From an uncultured Chloroflexia bacterium (GTDB taxonomy: Bacteria; Chloroflexota; Anaerolineae; B4-G1; SLSP01), in contig CAVVUS010000043.1 of assembly GCA_963751345.1 (NCBI GenBank), positions 1-64,000 of the forward strand: DNA of 64,000 nucleotides, given 5' to 3'. The notes beneath the pieces were generated by a model. That model did no database searches and was not told the DNA's origin. It saw nothing but the letters and a program-made list of their open reading frames with translations. The position numbers were made by a program, and so were the translations under genes. This document shows, piece by piece, positions 1 through 9,982 of the stretch; the first letter of the stretch is position 1; every line of letters begins with the position of its first letter.

Positions 1-6
1 GCACCT

Positions 7-34
7 TTGACAATGATCGCGCTACGGGTAGAAT
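7..34 (+). promoter_or_regulatory. Sigma70-type promoter TTGACA-N16-TAGAAT
   Basis: TTGACA 7-12 and TAGAAT 29-34, just upstream of GTG42. Confidence 0.5.
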
Positions 35-527
35 GCGCAGCGTGAAACACGTATACTGGGTCATTGACCACCTATTGGCAGGACGCCCTGGCCCCCAACT
101 GGAGCCATGGGATCCGGCGGAACTCTACGCAGCAGGCATACGCACGATCATCTCGCTAGCCGCCGAGGAACCCGTCACAGACCTCGAACTCTATGGATTC
201 ACCCACTATCGCGCCGATTTTCCGCCTGTGATGCTCTTTTCGAAAGGGATGCAGAAGGCCTTCATCTACCAGGCGATACCGGTGTGGGCCTTCATCGAGG
301 AACAATTGGCGCAGGGCATGCCGACGCTCGTTCACTGTCACGCCGGACAGGATCGGACCGGCACGGTCTTGGCAGGTTATCTGGTGACACATCGTGGACT
401 CACGCCCGAGATTGCGTTACAGAAGCTGCGCGACGTCAAGCCCATGGCGATGTCGGCAGATGGCTATGCGGATGCACTTTCGCTGCTGACGCCCGGCGAA
501 GTCCCGGATCGGCGCAAGTTACTGTAA
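33..527 (+). CDS. Dual-specificity/tyrosine protein phosphatase family
   Basis: CX5R signature HCHAGQDRTG. True start may be GTG at 42 because ATG33 overlaps the -10 element. Confidence 0.85.
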   Translation: MRSVKHVYWVIDHLLAGRPGPQLEPWDPAELYAAGIRTIISLAAEEPVTDLELYGFTHYRADFPPVMLFSKGMQKAFIYQAIPVWAFIEEQLAQGMPTLVHCHAGQDRTGTVLAGYLVTHRGLTPEIALQKLRDVKPMAMSADGYADALSLLTPGEVPDRRKLL

Positions 528-540
528 CCGCTCCGATAAA

Positions 541-573
541 CAAAGATCCTGCAGTCGAACTGCAGGATCTTTG
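541..573. terminator. Bidirectional hairpin between convergent genes
   Basis: CAAAGATCCTGCAG-tcgaa-CTGCAGGATCTTTG perfect inverted repeat. Confidence 0.75.
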
Positions 574-593
574 CATAGGCTCGCCTGCATAAC

Positions 594-1595
594 TTACGCC
601 AGAGGGGGGCTGATACGACGCAGAGTTCTTTCCAGTGTCGCTACGCCCTCCGGCAGGGTCGCTCCCAGAAAGAGGCCCGCTACCTTTGCCCGCCATTCCG
701 GCTTCTCGTTGAAGATCCTTCCGGCGTAGGAAAAGACCGGACGCCCGCTCGCAGCCGCGTCTGGAAATGCCGCCGGCCACTCCGCCAGCGCGACTGCTGA
801 CTCCTCGCTCATTGCCACGGTGACAATCGCCGGTGGTGAAATCTCACGCACAAACTCTGCCAGGTCGGCCAAAGGTATGGACTGCCCCAAATAGGCTACC
901 GGCCAGCGCCTGCGCCGCAGCAGAGCGCCGAAGATCATCAGGCCCCCCTCGTGGTACTCCCCGGGGGCACATGCAAGGACCGTGGGCTGCACCTGAAATA
1001 GAGGCGGGCCATTGCGCAGCCAAACCAACAACCGCTGTCGAAGGTAGTTCGTCGCAAAGTGTTCTGTACCTACACTGACCTCTTCACGGGCCCAGCCCTC
1101 ACCGATTTCCGATAAAGTCGGACGGATCATGGACAGCATCACATCCTCAGGCGCGTAGAGAGCCATAGCTTCACTGAAGACATCGTCTGCACGACGCGTA
1201 TTGTGCTGCAGGAGCGCATCATAGAGTCTACGCTGGAGGAGGCGAACGTAGGAATCAACAGCCGGGGCTCCATCCGGTGTGTCCCGATCTGCCAAATGGA
1301 CACCGGGGACAGAATTGACGCCGCCAAACTCCGCGGCAGATGCTGAGGATCCGCCCTCTGATATCAACGTCTCCAGCGCTCGCACGGCCTGGCGGGTCTG
1401 CATGCCGCCGTCAATTCTCGTCTTCACCCATCGTAGTTGCTGGATATCGCGCTCGCTGTATAGGCGATGTCCGCCCTCGGTTCGAGCTGCATCCGGGAAC
1501 CCATAGCGTCGCTCCCAGACTCGTAAAGTCGCTGCAGGAATGTCGGTCATTCTCGCCACAACGCCGATATTGTAGATTGGTTCGTCTCGACTCAT
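594..1595 (-). CDS. CarH/LitR-like MerR-family regulator with cobalamin-binding domain
   Basis: N-terminal MerR HTH with RVWERRYG, W-x9-EH motif (WAREEVSVGTEH) and ExHxxG motif (EYHEGG). Confidence 0.85.
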   Translation of the reverse strand: MSRDEPIYNIGVVARMTDIPAATLRVWERRYGFPDAARTEGGHRLYSERDIQQLRWVKTRIDGGMQTRQAVRALETLISEGGSSASAAEFGGVNSVPGVHLADRDTPDGAPAVDSYVRLLQRRLYDALLQHNTRRADDVFSEAMALYAPEDVMLSMIRPTLSEIGEGWAREEVSVGTEHFATNYLRQRLLVWLRNGPPLFQVQPTVLACAPGEYHEGGLMIFGALLRRRRWPVAYLGQSIPLADLAEFVREISPPAIVTVAMSEESAVALAEWPAAFPDAAASGRPVFSYAGRIFNEKPEWRAKVAGLFLGATLPEGVATLERTLRRISPPLA

Positions 1596-1632
1596 TGTCC
1601 CTCACCTTTGAGAAGCTTCCTTATGTCTGCAT

Positions 1633-1719
1633 ATGATACCACAATAGGGAAGTTGTGTCAAACGAAAATAGCCAATATATATTCAATATATTGACACACC
1701 TGGATACTTATGCTATACT
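1633..1719. promoter_or_regulatory. Back-to-back divergent sigma70 promoters
   Basis: Plus strand TTGACA(1691)-N17-TATACT(1714). Minus strand TTGACA(1661-1656)-N17-TATCAT(1638-1633). Both have a TGn extension. Confidence 0.7.
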
Positions 1720-1766
1720 TCTCCTATAATAGATAGCGTGACGTCTTATAGATAGGGAGCTGCGAT

Positions 1767-2687
1767 ATGGAAGTATTAATCATCGGCGGTACGGGCTTGA
1801 TCGGACACGCCCTGATTGAAGAACTGACGAGGACCGGTCACCACGCCATCATCGTGAGCCGTCAGCCAAGAACGCACCTGAGTCTGCCGGACAATGTGGA
1901 CGTTGTTCAGTGGGATGGACAGACGCTCGAACGTCAAGCTTCCGTGATAGATGCAGTGGATGCCATCGTGAATCTCGCCGGCGAAAACATTGGCTCAGGC
2001 CTGTGGACGCCCGCCAGGAAAAAGCGCATTCTCGAGAGCCGGCTGCAGGTCGGCCGGGCAGTCACCGAAGCGGTCGCACGCGCGGAGAGAAAACCTCGGG
2101 TGGTGGTGCAAGCCTCTGCCGTAGGCTATTATGGATTCACGACAGAATCAGCCATCGATGAGGATTCGCCGCCGGGCAGCGACTGGCTGGCCAATGTAGC
2201 CGTCCGATGGGAAACCTCGACGGCCGGCGTAGAACGCTATGGCACCCGGCAGGTGGTTATTCGTAGTGGCGTCGTGTTGAGTCGCCAAGGTGGAGCTCTG
2301 ACACGGATGACGCTGCCATTTCGTCTATGGGTGGGTGGACCCCTGGGAAAAGGCGATCAGGTGGTCTCCTGGATTCACATCCGAGACGAGGCCGCTGCCA
2401 TTCGGTTTCTGGTCGAGCATTCGGAGGCCCAGGGCCCCTTCAACCTGACCGCCCCCTATCCCGTAACCAATGCGGAGTTCGGCCGCACATTGGCTTCAGT
2501 CATCCGCAGACCCTACTGGCTTCGGGCACCGGCCTGGGCATTACGCCTGGTGTTGGGAGAAATGTCACAGGTAGTTCTCAAGGGACAGCGCGTCATTCCC
2601 CGGCACCTCAAGAATCTCGGCTTTGAGTTTCGTTATCCCGATCTGCCTTCGGCGCTCGGCGATGTGTTTTCCGGAAAGAAAGGCTAG
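1767..2687 (+). CDS. TIGR01777/YfcH-family NAD(P)-dependent epimerase-like oxidoreductase
   Basis: GGTGLIG Rossmann motif, VNLAGE, QASAVGYYG, SWIHIRD and C-terminal GFEFRYP. Confidence 0.88.
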   Translation: MEVLIIGGTGLIGHALIEELTRTGHHAIIVSRQPRTHLSLPDNVDVVQWDGQTLERQASVIDAVDAIVNLAGENIGSGLWTPARKKRILESRLQVGRAVTEAVARAERKPRVVVQASAVGYYGFTTESAIDEDSPPGSDWLANVAVRWETSTAGVERYGTRQVVIRSGVVLSRQGGALTRMTLPFRLWVGGPLGKGDQVVSWIHIRDEAAAIRFLVEHSEAQGPFNLTAPYPVTNAEFGRTLASVIRRPYWLRAPAWALRLVLGEMSQVVLKGQRVIPRHLKNLGFEFRYPDLPSALGDVFSGKKG

Positions 2688-2694
2688 CTTGCAG

Positions 2695-3753
2695 ATGACT
2701 TCCACGACTATTGTAGACAAGTCCGGTGCCAAACCTCCGGCACTCACGCGGGAGGCCAAGCGTGGCCTATGGGGCGGCATCCTGTTCAGCCTGGGCTTCA
2801 CGGCCCTGATCTGGCTCGGGGGCCAGGTCCTCAATCGCCCGGCCTTCCTCCCGGACCAGGGCGCATCCTGGTACTACTGGAAACTGCCGGTGCCGACGTT
2901 CTGGTCCAGAGCCACGGCCTGGGGCGGCTATCTGCTGCATCAGCTCGCCGTCTGGGGGCTGATCTTCTACGCCCAAACGCGGGTCAAGCGCTACACCAAA
3001 GGACTCCACCGGGTCAACCTGATCGCATTGGGCGCGAACGCCTTCTTCATCCTCCTGCACTTCGTACAGACACAGATCTGGTACGATGGCCTGGCCCAGG
3101 ATGTCTCGATCTGGAGTTCGCAGGGCTCGGTGATCCTGATGTTAGTGATGATCCTGCTGATGGAGAACCGGCGCCGGGGTCTCTTCTGGGGTCACAAAGC
3201 CCCAATCTCCGACGAGGCAGGGGGCTTCGTCCGCCGGTACCACGGCTATGTTTTCGCGTGGGCCATCGTCTACACCTTCTGGTATCATCCTATGGAATCG
3301 ACGCCCGGCCATCTCGTTGGCTTCCTGTATATGTTCCTGCTGATGCTGCAGGGAAGCCTCTTCTACACCCGCATTCACACCAACCGTTGGTGGATGCTGG
3401 TCCAGGAGGTCTCCGTGCTTTTCCACGGAACAATGGTAGCGTTAATGCAGGGTAACGGCATATGGCCGATGTTCTTCTTCGGTTTCGGCGGCCTCTTCAT
3501 CTTGACGCAGATGCACGGCGTGCCGCTGCCTGCCTGGTCGCGGTGGACTGCTCTGGGACTCTACGTCACCGGCGCGCTTGTGACGTATGGCATCCGCGAC
3601 CCTGGCATGATCCATCAAGTCACGTGGATCCCGGTGATCGAGTATCTGGGCGTCTTTGTCTTGGCGGGGTTGATTACCTTGGGTATCAAGGTCGTAGGCA
3701 GACTTCGACCGTTGGAGCGTAGTGGATCAGAGCCGGCGGGTGGGGCTGGCTAG
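2695..3753 (+). CDS. Polytopic membrane protein of unknown function, His/Trp-rich
   Basis: About 10 hydrophobic segments with several intramembrane His. ATG2695 follows the upstream stop at 2687. Confidence 0.7.
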   Translation: MTSTTIVDKSGAKPPALTREAKRGLWGGILFSLGFTALIWLGGQVLNRPAFLPDQGASWYYWKLPVPTFWSRATAWGGYLLHQLAVWGLIFYAQTRVKRYTKGLHRVNLIALGANAFFILLHFVQTQIWYDGLAQDVSIWSSQGSVILMLVMILLMENRRRGLFWGHKAPISDEAGGFVRRYHGYVFAWAIVYTFWYHPMESTPGHLVGFLYMFLLMLQGSLFYTRIHTNRWWMLVQEVSVLFHGTMVALMQGNGIWPMFFFGFGGLFILTQMHGVPLPAWSRWTALGLYVTGALVTYGIRDPGMIHQVTWIPVIEYLGVFVLAGLITLGIKVVGRLRPLERSGSEPAGGAG

Positions 3754-3811
3754 AGGTTCTCTAGGATCCATAAAAGGCGAGTGAAGCGTTAGCGTTAAGG
3801 AGGTTGTAATC

Positions 3812-4165
3812 GTGGAATGGGTCAAGGTTCTCGAGGCAAGTGAACTCGGTCCGGGTGGACGAAAGGTCGTGGTGGTTCGGGATTGGAAAGTCTTCCTGCT
3901 TAACCATAACGGCACCATCTATGCAATGATCAATCGCTGTCCCCATATGGGCGGCAACTTGAGCAAGGGTACGGTTACGGATGACGGCGAGATCGTCTGC
4001 CCCGTACACCACAGCACCTTCAGTTTAGAGACAGGCGAGGTCAAAGCCTGGGCCCCGTGGCCCCCAGTGGTAGGCACCCTCCTGGGGATGGTCAAAACCG
4101 AGCAGCCACTGCAGATGTTCTCCACCAAGGTCGAGGAGGGAGCAATCTGGATCGGTGTCGACTAG
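3812..4165 (+). CDS. Rieske [2Fe-2S] ferredoxin
   Basis: CPH...CPVH Rieske ligands and RBS AAGGAGG. Confidence 0.88.
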   Translation: MEWVKVLEASELGPGGRKVVVVRDWKVFLLNHNGTIYAMINRCPHMGGNLSKGTVTDDGEIVCPVHHSTFSLETGEVKAWAPWPPVVGTLLGMVKTEQPLQMFSTKVEEGAIWIGVD

Positions 4166-4194
4166 AGGGCGGGGTAGATTCTCAGATGACCCGG

Positions 4195-5575
4195 TCAGAC
4201 ACCCGGCAGCCAGAAGCAGATCGTCAGCCCCCCACCCGGCGTAGTCTCAGCCCAAATGCGGCCATCGTGCGCCCTGATGATGCGGTCGGCAATCGCCAAC
4301 CCCAGCCCGGAACCGCCCGTACTGCGGCTGCGAGACGGTTCACTGCGCCAGAACCGGTCGAACAATCGCCCAAGATCTTCTTCCGGAACACCGGGGCCCT
4401 TGTCGATGACACAGACTTGCACGCCACCGCCCTCCGGCGCCAGGGAGACGCGGACGGCGCCTCCCTCGGGAACATATCGAGCAGCATTCGAAAATACATT
4501 GTTGAGCACCTGGGTCAGGCGCGCGTAGTCATAGGCGACAGCCGGTAACGACCCCGCGGCCGCGTTGGCGGGAAATTCAAGTACGATGCCCTTCTCCGCC
4601 AACGTATCCCGGTGCGACTCGACAGATCGCGCGACCACGGGGACGATATCTTGGCGCTGCAAGTCAAGCTGCAATTTCCCCGCATCTGCCAGCGCCAGCG
4701 TCCTCAAATCCTCGACCAGCCGGTTGAGCGTTCGCACCTGGTCCAGCGCCGGCTCGATGTTCTCCGGCGTAGGGTCGTAGACCCGGTCCGACAGAGCCTC
4801 GAGCGAGCTCTGCAGGATCGCAAGAGGATTGCGCAGTTCGTGGGCGATGTCGGCGGTCTGCGCTCGCCTGGCCTCTTCCGCCTGCTCGAGACTTGCGGCC
4901 ATCTGGTTGAAGGTCGCAGCCAGATGCCCGATCTCATCCCGGCTGTGCACGTTCACCCGCGCGTCAAAGTGCCCCTGCGCGACGATCTCGGCGGTACTAC
5001 TCAGCGTGCGGACCGGCGCCACGACGCTTCGAGTAAGCAGGCCGGCCAGTATCAACGACACAATCGCAGCGCCTCCGGCGCCCAAAGCCAGAGCCCAGCG
5101 CAGTTGCGTGAGATAGGCCCGCGCCGGCTCATCGAGAGCGATTGTGGCGCCTGAGCTGACGTCCAACACCAGGTACCCAACCGTCGAGTCACCCGCCACC
5201 AGCGGCAATGCAGCGGCGGTCTGAGCTGCGGTGAGCTGCCCCGTCGGGGATCCGGTGGTGCTGGCCACGATCGTACCCGCCGCGTCAGCCACCAGGTAGG
5301 CCGCAGGCGATTCCGCCCGCGCCGCCGGAACCACGACCGCGGCCCCGGCCCGGCAGCGTGAGGTCGGGGAGGGTATCCTGCAGCCCCGCCCATCCATCGT
5401 GGGCAACGTAATACGCCACCAGATCCTCGGCCGTCATCTGGGTGCGACCGCTGTACAGCACAGCATATCGCCGAAATGCGGTCTCCGTGCTATATCCCGC
5501 CACGACCGCCACGATCACCACCGTGACCAAGATCACGGCACCGAAGGCCAGAAGACCCTTCTGAAACAGGTTCAT
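4195..5575 (-). CDS. BaeS-like HAMP sensor histidine kinase (frameshift near 5290-5340)
   Basis: N-terminal TM in ORF 5285-5575. HAMP, AHELRNPL H-box, N box, DKGPG and GGSGLGL in ORF 4195-5406. Confidence 0.85.
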
Positions 5576-5580
5576 AGGGA

Positions 5581-6264
5581 TCAGTCGTTGAAGCGGTAAC
5601 CGACGCCGCGCACCGTTCCGATAAGGCCTGGGTCAGAGGGGTCATCCTCGATTTTCTGCCGCAGGTTCTTAACATGAACGTCGACGGTCCGTTCGTAAGC
5701 TTCAAAGGCCACGCCCTGAATCGCCTCCAACAAGTCGGATCTCGAGAAGGCATACCCAGGTGTCCCCATCAGCACGGCCAGGAGGTCGAACTCGGTTGGG
5801 GTCAGGTCGATGAGCCGGCCGTTCTTGCGCACCTCACGGCGCCCACGGTCAAGCACCAACCCATTCACGGACAAGACCTCTGCAGCAGCGGCGGGCCCCT
5901 GCATCCGGCGCAGCACGGCACGGACTCTAGCCACAAGCTCTCGCGGGCTGAAGGGCTTGGTCATGTAGTCGTCGGCACCGAGCTCCAGGCCGATGATACG
6001 ATCCACCTCCTCGACGCGAGCGGTGAGCATAATAATGGCCACCTCCGGTCGCTCCGCACGAATACGACGGGTGAACTCAAGCCCGTCCATCTCCGGCATC
6101 TGAAGGTCAAGCACGATCAGGTCGGGTTTGGACTCGCGCGCAGCGAAAAGCGCATCCCGTCCGTTACCTGCAATCGCGACCTGATACCCGGCTTTCTCGA
6201 GATAGCCGCGTACGACCCGCACGATCTGAGGCTCGTCATCCACTACGAGAATCTGCTGAACCAT
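5581..6264 (-). CDS. OmpR/PhoB-family response regulator
   Basis: VVDDE, LDLQMP, KPFSPREL and wHTH ending TVRGVGY. Confidence 0.92.
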   Translation of the reverse strand: MVQQILVVDDEPQIVRVVRGYLEKAGYQVAIAGNGRDALFAARESKPDLIVLDLQMPEMDGLEFTRRIRAERPEVAIIMLTARVEEVDRIIGLELGADDYMTKPFSPRELVARVRAVLRRMQGPAAAAEVLSVNGLVLDRGRREVRKNGRLIDLTPTEFDLLAVLMGTPGYAFSRSDLLEAIQGVAFEAYERTVDVHVKNLRQKIEDDPSDPGLIGTVRGVGYRFND

Positions 6265-6288
6265 ATGGCTCCACTTCGTCAGACGACG

Positions 6289-7095
6289 CTAGCCCAGTGC
6301 GACGTCCAGGACCATCATGACCGCGAAGCCGACCATGACCCCCATCGTCGCAAGGTCAACGTTCCCCTCGGCATGGGACTCCGGCACGAGATCCTCAACA
6401 ACGACAAAGATCATTGCCCCGGCGGCAAACGCCATTGCGTAGGGAAGGATAGGCCGGAAAAGCAGCACGGCAGCGGCACCCAAGACGCTGGCGACGGGCT
6501 CAACAACCGCCGAAAGCTGACCATACCAGAAGCTCTTGAAGGCTGAGACCTTCATGCTGCGCAACGGCATCGCCACAGCAATACCCTCAGGGAAATTCTG
6601 AATGCCGATTCCCAGAGCCAGGGCCAGCGCGCCGGCGAGGGTAGCAGACGGGATGCCCGCTGCAGCACCGCCAAAGGCCACACCAACCGCCAACCCCTCC
6701 GGGAAATTATGCAGCGTAATCGCCAATACCAGCAACGTGACCCGGCGCCAGGTAGTCTGCAGGCCTTCCGGCTGGTCCTCGCCAAAATGCAGGTGTGGCA
6801 GGACGCGGTCTATCAGCCGGAGGAAAACGCCACCAAGCAAGAATCCTACTGCAGCCGGTACCCATCGCGGCCCCGGGCCGTCCCCTGATAGCTCGATCGC
6901 GGGCGCCAGCAGCGACCAGTAGCTTGCCGCAATCATCACACCACCTGCAAAGCCCAACATGATATCGAGCAGACGACGATCGATCTCTCGTCTCAAGAAG
7001 ACCGTCGCAGCTCCCAGCGCCGTCACCCCCCACGTAAACACACACCCAAGAAACGCTTGGACAACGGGTGGGAACTGGCTCATGAACTCGATCAT
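6289..7095 (-). CDS. ZIP family (GufA/ZupT-like) metal transporter
   Basis: [18 protein letters not shown] and [18 protein letters not shown] before ATG7095. Confidence 0.88.
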   Translation of the reverse strand: MIEFMSQFPPVVQAFLGCVFTWGVTALGAATVFLRREIDRRLLDIMLGFAGGVMIAASYWSLLAPAIELSGDGPGPRWVPAAVGFLLGGVFLRLIDRVLPHLHFGEDQPEGLQTTWRRVTLLVLAITLHNFPEGLAVGVAFGGAAAGIPSATLAGALALALGIGIQNFPEGIAVAMPLRSMKVSAFKSFWYGQLSAVVEPVASVLGAAAVLLFRPILPYAMAFAAGAMIFVVVEDLVPESHAEGNVDLATMGVMVGFAVMMVLDVALG

Positions 7096-7437
7096 TGCCC
7101 CTCCTAAGGAGTCCTGGATTAGCCCTGCGTCCATTCTAACCCGACCCAGTCGATCGAGCAATACTCGGAGATCGGCTGCAGATGCTGGAGACCGAGCTCA
7201 CCCGGAGAATGCCTCAAAAGGTTTGACTCACTCCAGGTGCAGGGCGCTTGTTTTGCTGCGCATTGGCCCTATAGTACGGATGGCTCGCACCGGCGGGGAC
7301 GGGCCGCGGCTATGGCTGTGGCAAACGTAGCTATGGCCGTAGTCACACACGGCTATGGTCGTAGGTTAACCGTCGTCGACCTACCATACAATGGTCGATC
7401 GAAATTATTGTGGTGTGATTGAAAGGAGGTGGACACG

Positions 7438-8964
7438 ATGCGCTTTACACGTGCTGCCGGCATCCTGATGCATCCCACGTCACTGCCCGGCGCCTATGGC
7501 ATAGGCGAGCTCGGACAACAGGCCCACGCGTTTGTCGATCAGTTGGTCGAAGGTGGCCAATCACTCTGGCAGGTTCTGCCGCTTGGCCCAACGGGCTACG
7601 GCGACTCACCCTACGCTTGCTTCTCGGCTCTGGCGGGCAACCCTATGCTGATTGACCTCACCCAGTTGGTAGAGCAAGGAGACATCGCTGCCGCGGACCT
7701 GGCCCGGGTGCCGGATTTCCCCGCGGATCGGGTGGATTTTGGCCCCGTGATCACCTTCAAGTTCGAGATTCTGCGCCGTGCTGCCCGTACCTTTCACGAC
7801 CACGCGACTTGGGAGCAGCACACAGCATTCGATCGCTTCTGTCATGAAAACGACGACTGGTTGGACGACTTCGCGCTCTTCATGGCGCTGAAGAATGCCC
7901 ATGGCGGCGCCGTCTGGAACACATGGGAGCGCGGACTCGTGAGCCGGCAGCCCGCCACACTTGCAGCTTGGCGGGAACGGCTCAGCGAGGATGTCTTTGC
8001 CCAGCGCTACTTCCAGTTCCGGTTTTTCCAGCAATGGCAAGCGCTCAAGGCTTACGCCAACGGCCAGGGCATCCAGATCGTCGGCGACATCCCAATCTTT
8101 GTGGCGTTCGACAGCGTTGACGTCTGGGCACATCCGGAGCTCTTCTATCTCGATGAAGATCTGCTTCCCACAGACGTCGCGGGGGTGCCGCCCGACTATT
8201 TCAGCCCCACCGGGCAACTGTGGGGTAATCCGCTCTATCGTTGGGACCGGCTGGCACAGGACGGCTATCGCTGGTGGGTCCGCCGGTTCGAACAGACCTT
8301 CAGCACCGTCGACATCGTGCGCCTGGACCATTTCCGCGGGTTCGCGGCCTACTGGTCGGTCCCGTCCGACGAGTCGACGGCCGTGAACGGCCACTGGGAG
8401 AAGGGGCCCGGCGCCGGCTTCTTCACCGCAATCAAGGATGCCTTGGGAGAGCTTCCCATCATAGCGGAGGATCTCGGGCACATCACCGAGGACGTGCTCG
8501 AACTGCGGGAAAAGTTCAGCCTGCCGGGCATGAACGTCCTGCAATTCGCGTTTACATCCGATGCCGGGAATCCCTATCTCCCCCACAATGTCAGGAACAA
8601 CTCCGTGATCTACACGGGCACGCACGACAACGATACGACCGTTGGATGGTATGAGAGCCGCGAGGATGAGGAGCTGGAAGCCTGCCGTCGCTATCTCGGC
8701 CCGACAGATGAGCCGATCAATTGGGCGCTGGCCCGACTGGCGTACCGTTCCGTCGCCGATCTGGCCATCATACCCCTGCAGGATGTCCTGGGATTGGGCG
8801 CCGAAGCCAGGATGAACACACCGGGAAAGCTCGGCAACAACTGGAGCTGGCGATTCCAGACGGGCGATATTCTTCCCGAGCACCTGGACAAGCTCAACGA
8901 TATGGCGTTGACCTATGGCCGTAAGGAGCCCGAGGAAAAACAGGACCGCCCGGAATGGATGTAA
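7438..8964 (+). CDS. malQ: 4-alpha-glucanotransferase (amylomaltase, GH77)
   Basis: GILMHPTSLPG, WQVLPLGP, GVPPDYFSPTGQLWGNP, RLDHFRGF, AEDLG and YTGTHDNDT. Confidence 0.95.
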   Translation: MRFTRAAGILMHPTSLPGAYGIGELGQQAHAFVDQLVEGGQSLWQVLPLGPTGYGDSPYACFSALAGNPMLIDLTQLVEQGDIAAADLARVPDFPADRVDFGPVITFKFEILRRAARTFHDHATWEQHTAFDRFCHENDDWLDDFALFMALKNAHGGAVWNTWERGLVSRQPATLAAWRERLSEDVFAQRYFQFRFFQQWQALKAYANGQGIQIVGDIPIFVAFDSVDVWAHPELFYLDEDLLPTDVAGVPPDYFSPTGQLWGNPLYRWDRLAQDGYRWWVRRFEQTFSTVDIVRLDHFRGFAAYWSVPSDESTAVNGHWEKGPGAGFFTAIKDALGELPIIAEDLGHITEDVLELREKFSLPGMNVLQFAFTSDAGNPYLPHNVRNNSVIYTGTHDNDTTVGWYESREDEELEACRRYLGPTDEPINWALARLAYRSVADLAIIPLQDVLGLGAEARMNTPGKLGNNWSWRFQTGDILPEHLDKLNDMALTYGRKEPEEKQDRPEWM

Positions 8965-8975
8965 TCCCTTCAAGC

Positions 8976-9014
8976 AACACCGCCCCCACCGGTATACCCG
9001 GCGGGGGCGGTGTT
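8976..9014. terminator. Bidirectional hairpin between convergent genes
   Basis: AACACCGCCCCC...GGGGGCGGTGTT inverted repeat. Confidence 0.7.
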
Positions 9015-9025
9015 CTGCTGTTGAG

Positions 9026-9982
9026 TTACGGGGCAGTCGGCGTAGGCGTGGCGGGCACGGAGAGGAAGTCTGTCCGTGTGTCCTCCACCATTGCCGAGAC
9101 ATTGGTTGCCGACACGCTCACGTAGTAGGGGGAATCGGAAGACTTAACCACGTAAGAGTTTCCATCTCCGAGCATCGCGCCCACCGTGAGCACGTGGGTA
9201 GCACCATCGTCGGTCTGCAGCGTGACCACCGCGTTGGGCGTGGCCATACCATAGGAAGGATCTTCCGTCTGGCCCAGAGGAGCCAACATGGCGAGCGTGC
9301 TCGCATTGCGCACGATGGCATCAGTCTTGCCCGTCGCAATGGTCTCGTCTGCCTGCAGGTCCGCCAGAGTCCAGTCCGTATCAGCCTTCGCAAACGTAAA
9401 CGTGCCGTTAGCATTCTCGAGTGTCGCACTCGTGATCGTGGTCTGATCGATGCTTACGTAGGATGTGTCGATCCAACCCGACAACGCTGTGCTGAGTCCC
9501 CACGTTGTGAGTTCGGTAGTGAGATAGATCTCAGGACTGCCTGCGACACGGAAGTTTGTCGCCGTGTATCGAGGCGCCGACCCCAGATAGACGGTGTAGG
9601 TGTCGCCGGACTGCGTCTGGAAATCCAGGCGGCGCTGGAACGTATCCTCAGTGACCTGAAGCTGGGTCTGGCTGGCATCCGTGCGCGCGACCAACGTCGA
9701 TGACTTGAGGTTGACTAGCTTATCGATAACCGACGTCACGGTGTCCGCCGTGGCCGGATAGTTGTCGGCCTCGGGCAGAACCCACGCGCCGTTTACCTTT
9801 GCTAGCGTCACGCGTTCGCCCAGGTTGTCCACAACGGTAAGCCCGACAACGTCATCTGCCGTCACGTTAGGGAAAAGCAATTCCCCACTACCCGAGGCCA
9901 CCGGCCGGGGCCAGAAGACAAAGACACTCAGGATGACCTGGAGCACCAGGACTCCTACAAGGATTTGCTGATGCCTTTTCAT
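9026..9982 (-). CDS. DUF4340-type membrane-anchored extracellular protein
   Basis: Single N-terminal TM, duplicated beta-rich module, and the usual position after GldG-type ABC genes. Confidence 0.7.
   Translation of the reverse strand: MKRHQQILVGVLVLQVILSVFVFWPRPVASGSGELLFPNVTADDVVGLTVVDNLGERVTLAKVNGAWVLPEADNYPATADTVTSVIDKLVNLKSSTLVARTDASQTQLQVTEDTFQRRLDFQTQSGDTYTVYLGSAPRYTATNFRVAGSPEIYLTTELTTWGLSTALSGWIDTSYVSIDQTTITSATLENANGTFTFAKADTDWTLADLQADETIATGKTDAIVRNASTLAMLAPLGQTEDPSYGMATPNAVVTLQTDDGATHVLTVGAMLGDGNSYVVKSSDSPYYVSVSATNVSAMVEDTRTDFLSVPATPTPTAP

Noticed and set aside
7606-9102. Long antisense or alternate-frame ORFs (also 27885-29039, 31393-32460, 60447-61469)
   Set aside because: Shadow ORFs of high-GC genes with no recognisable motifs.
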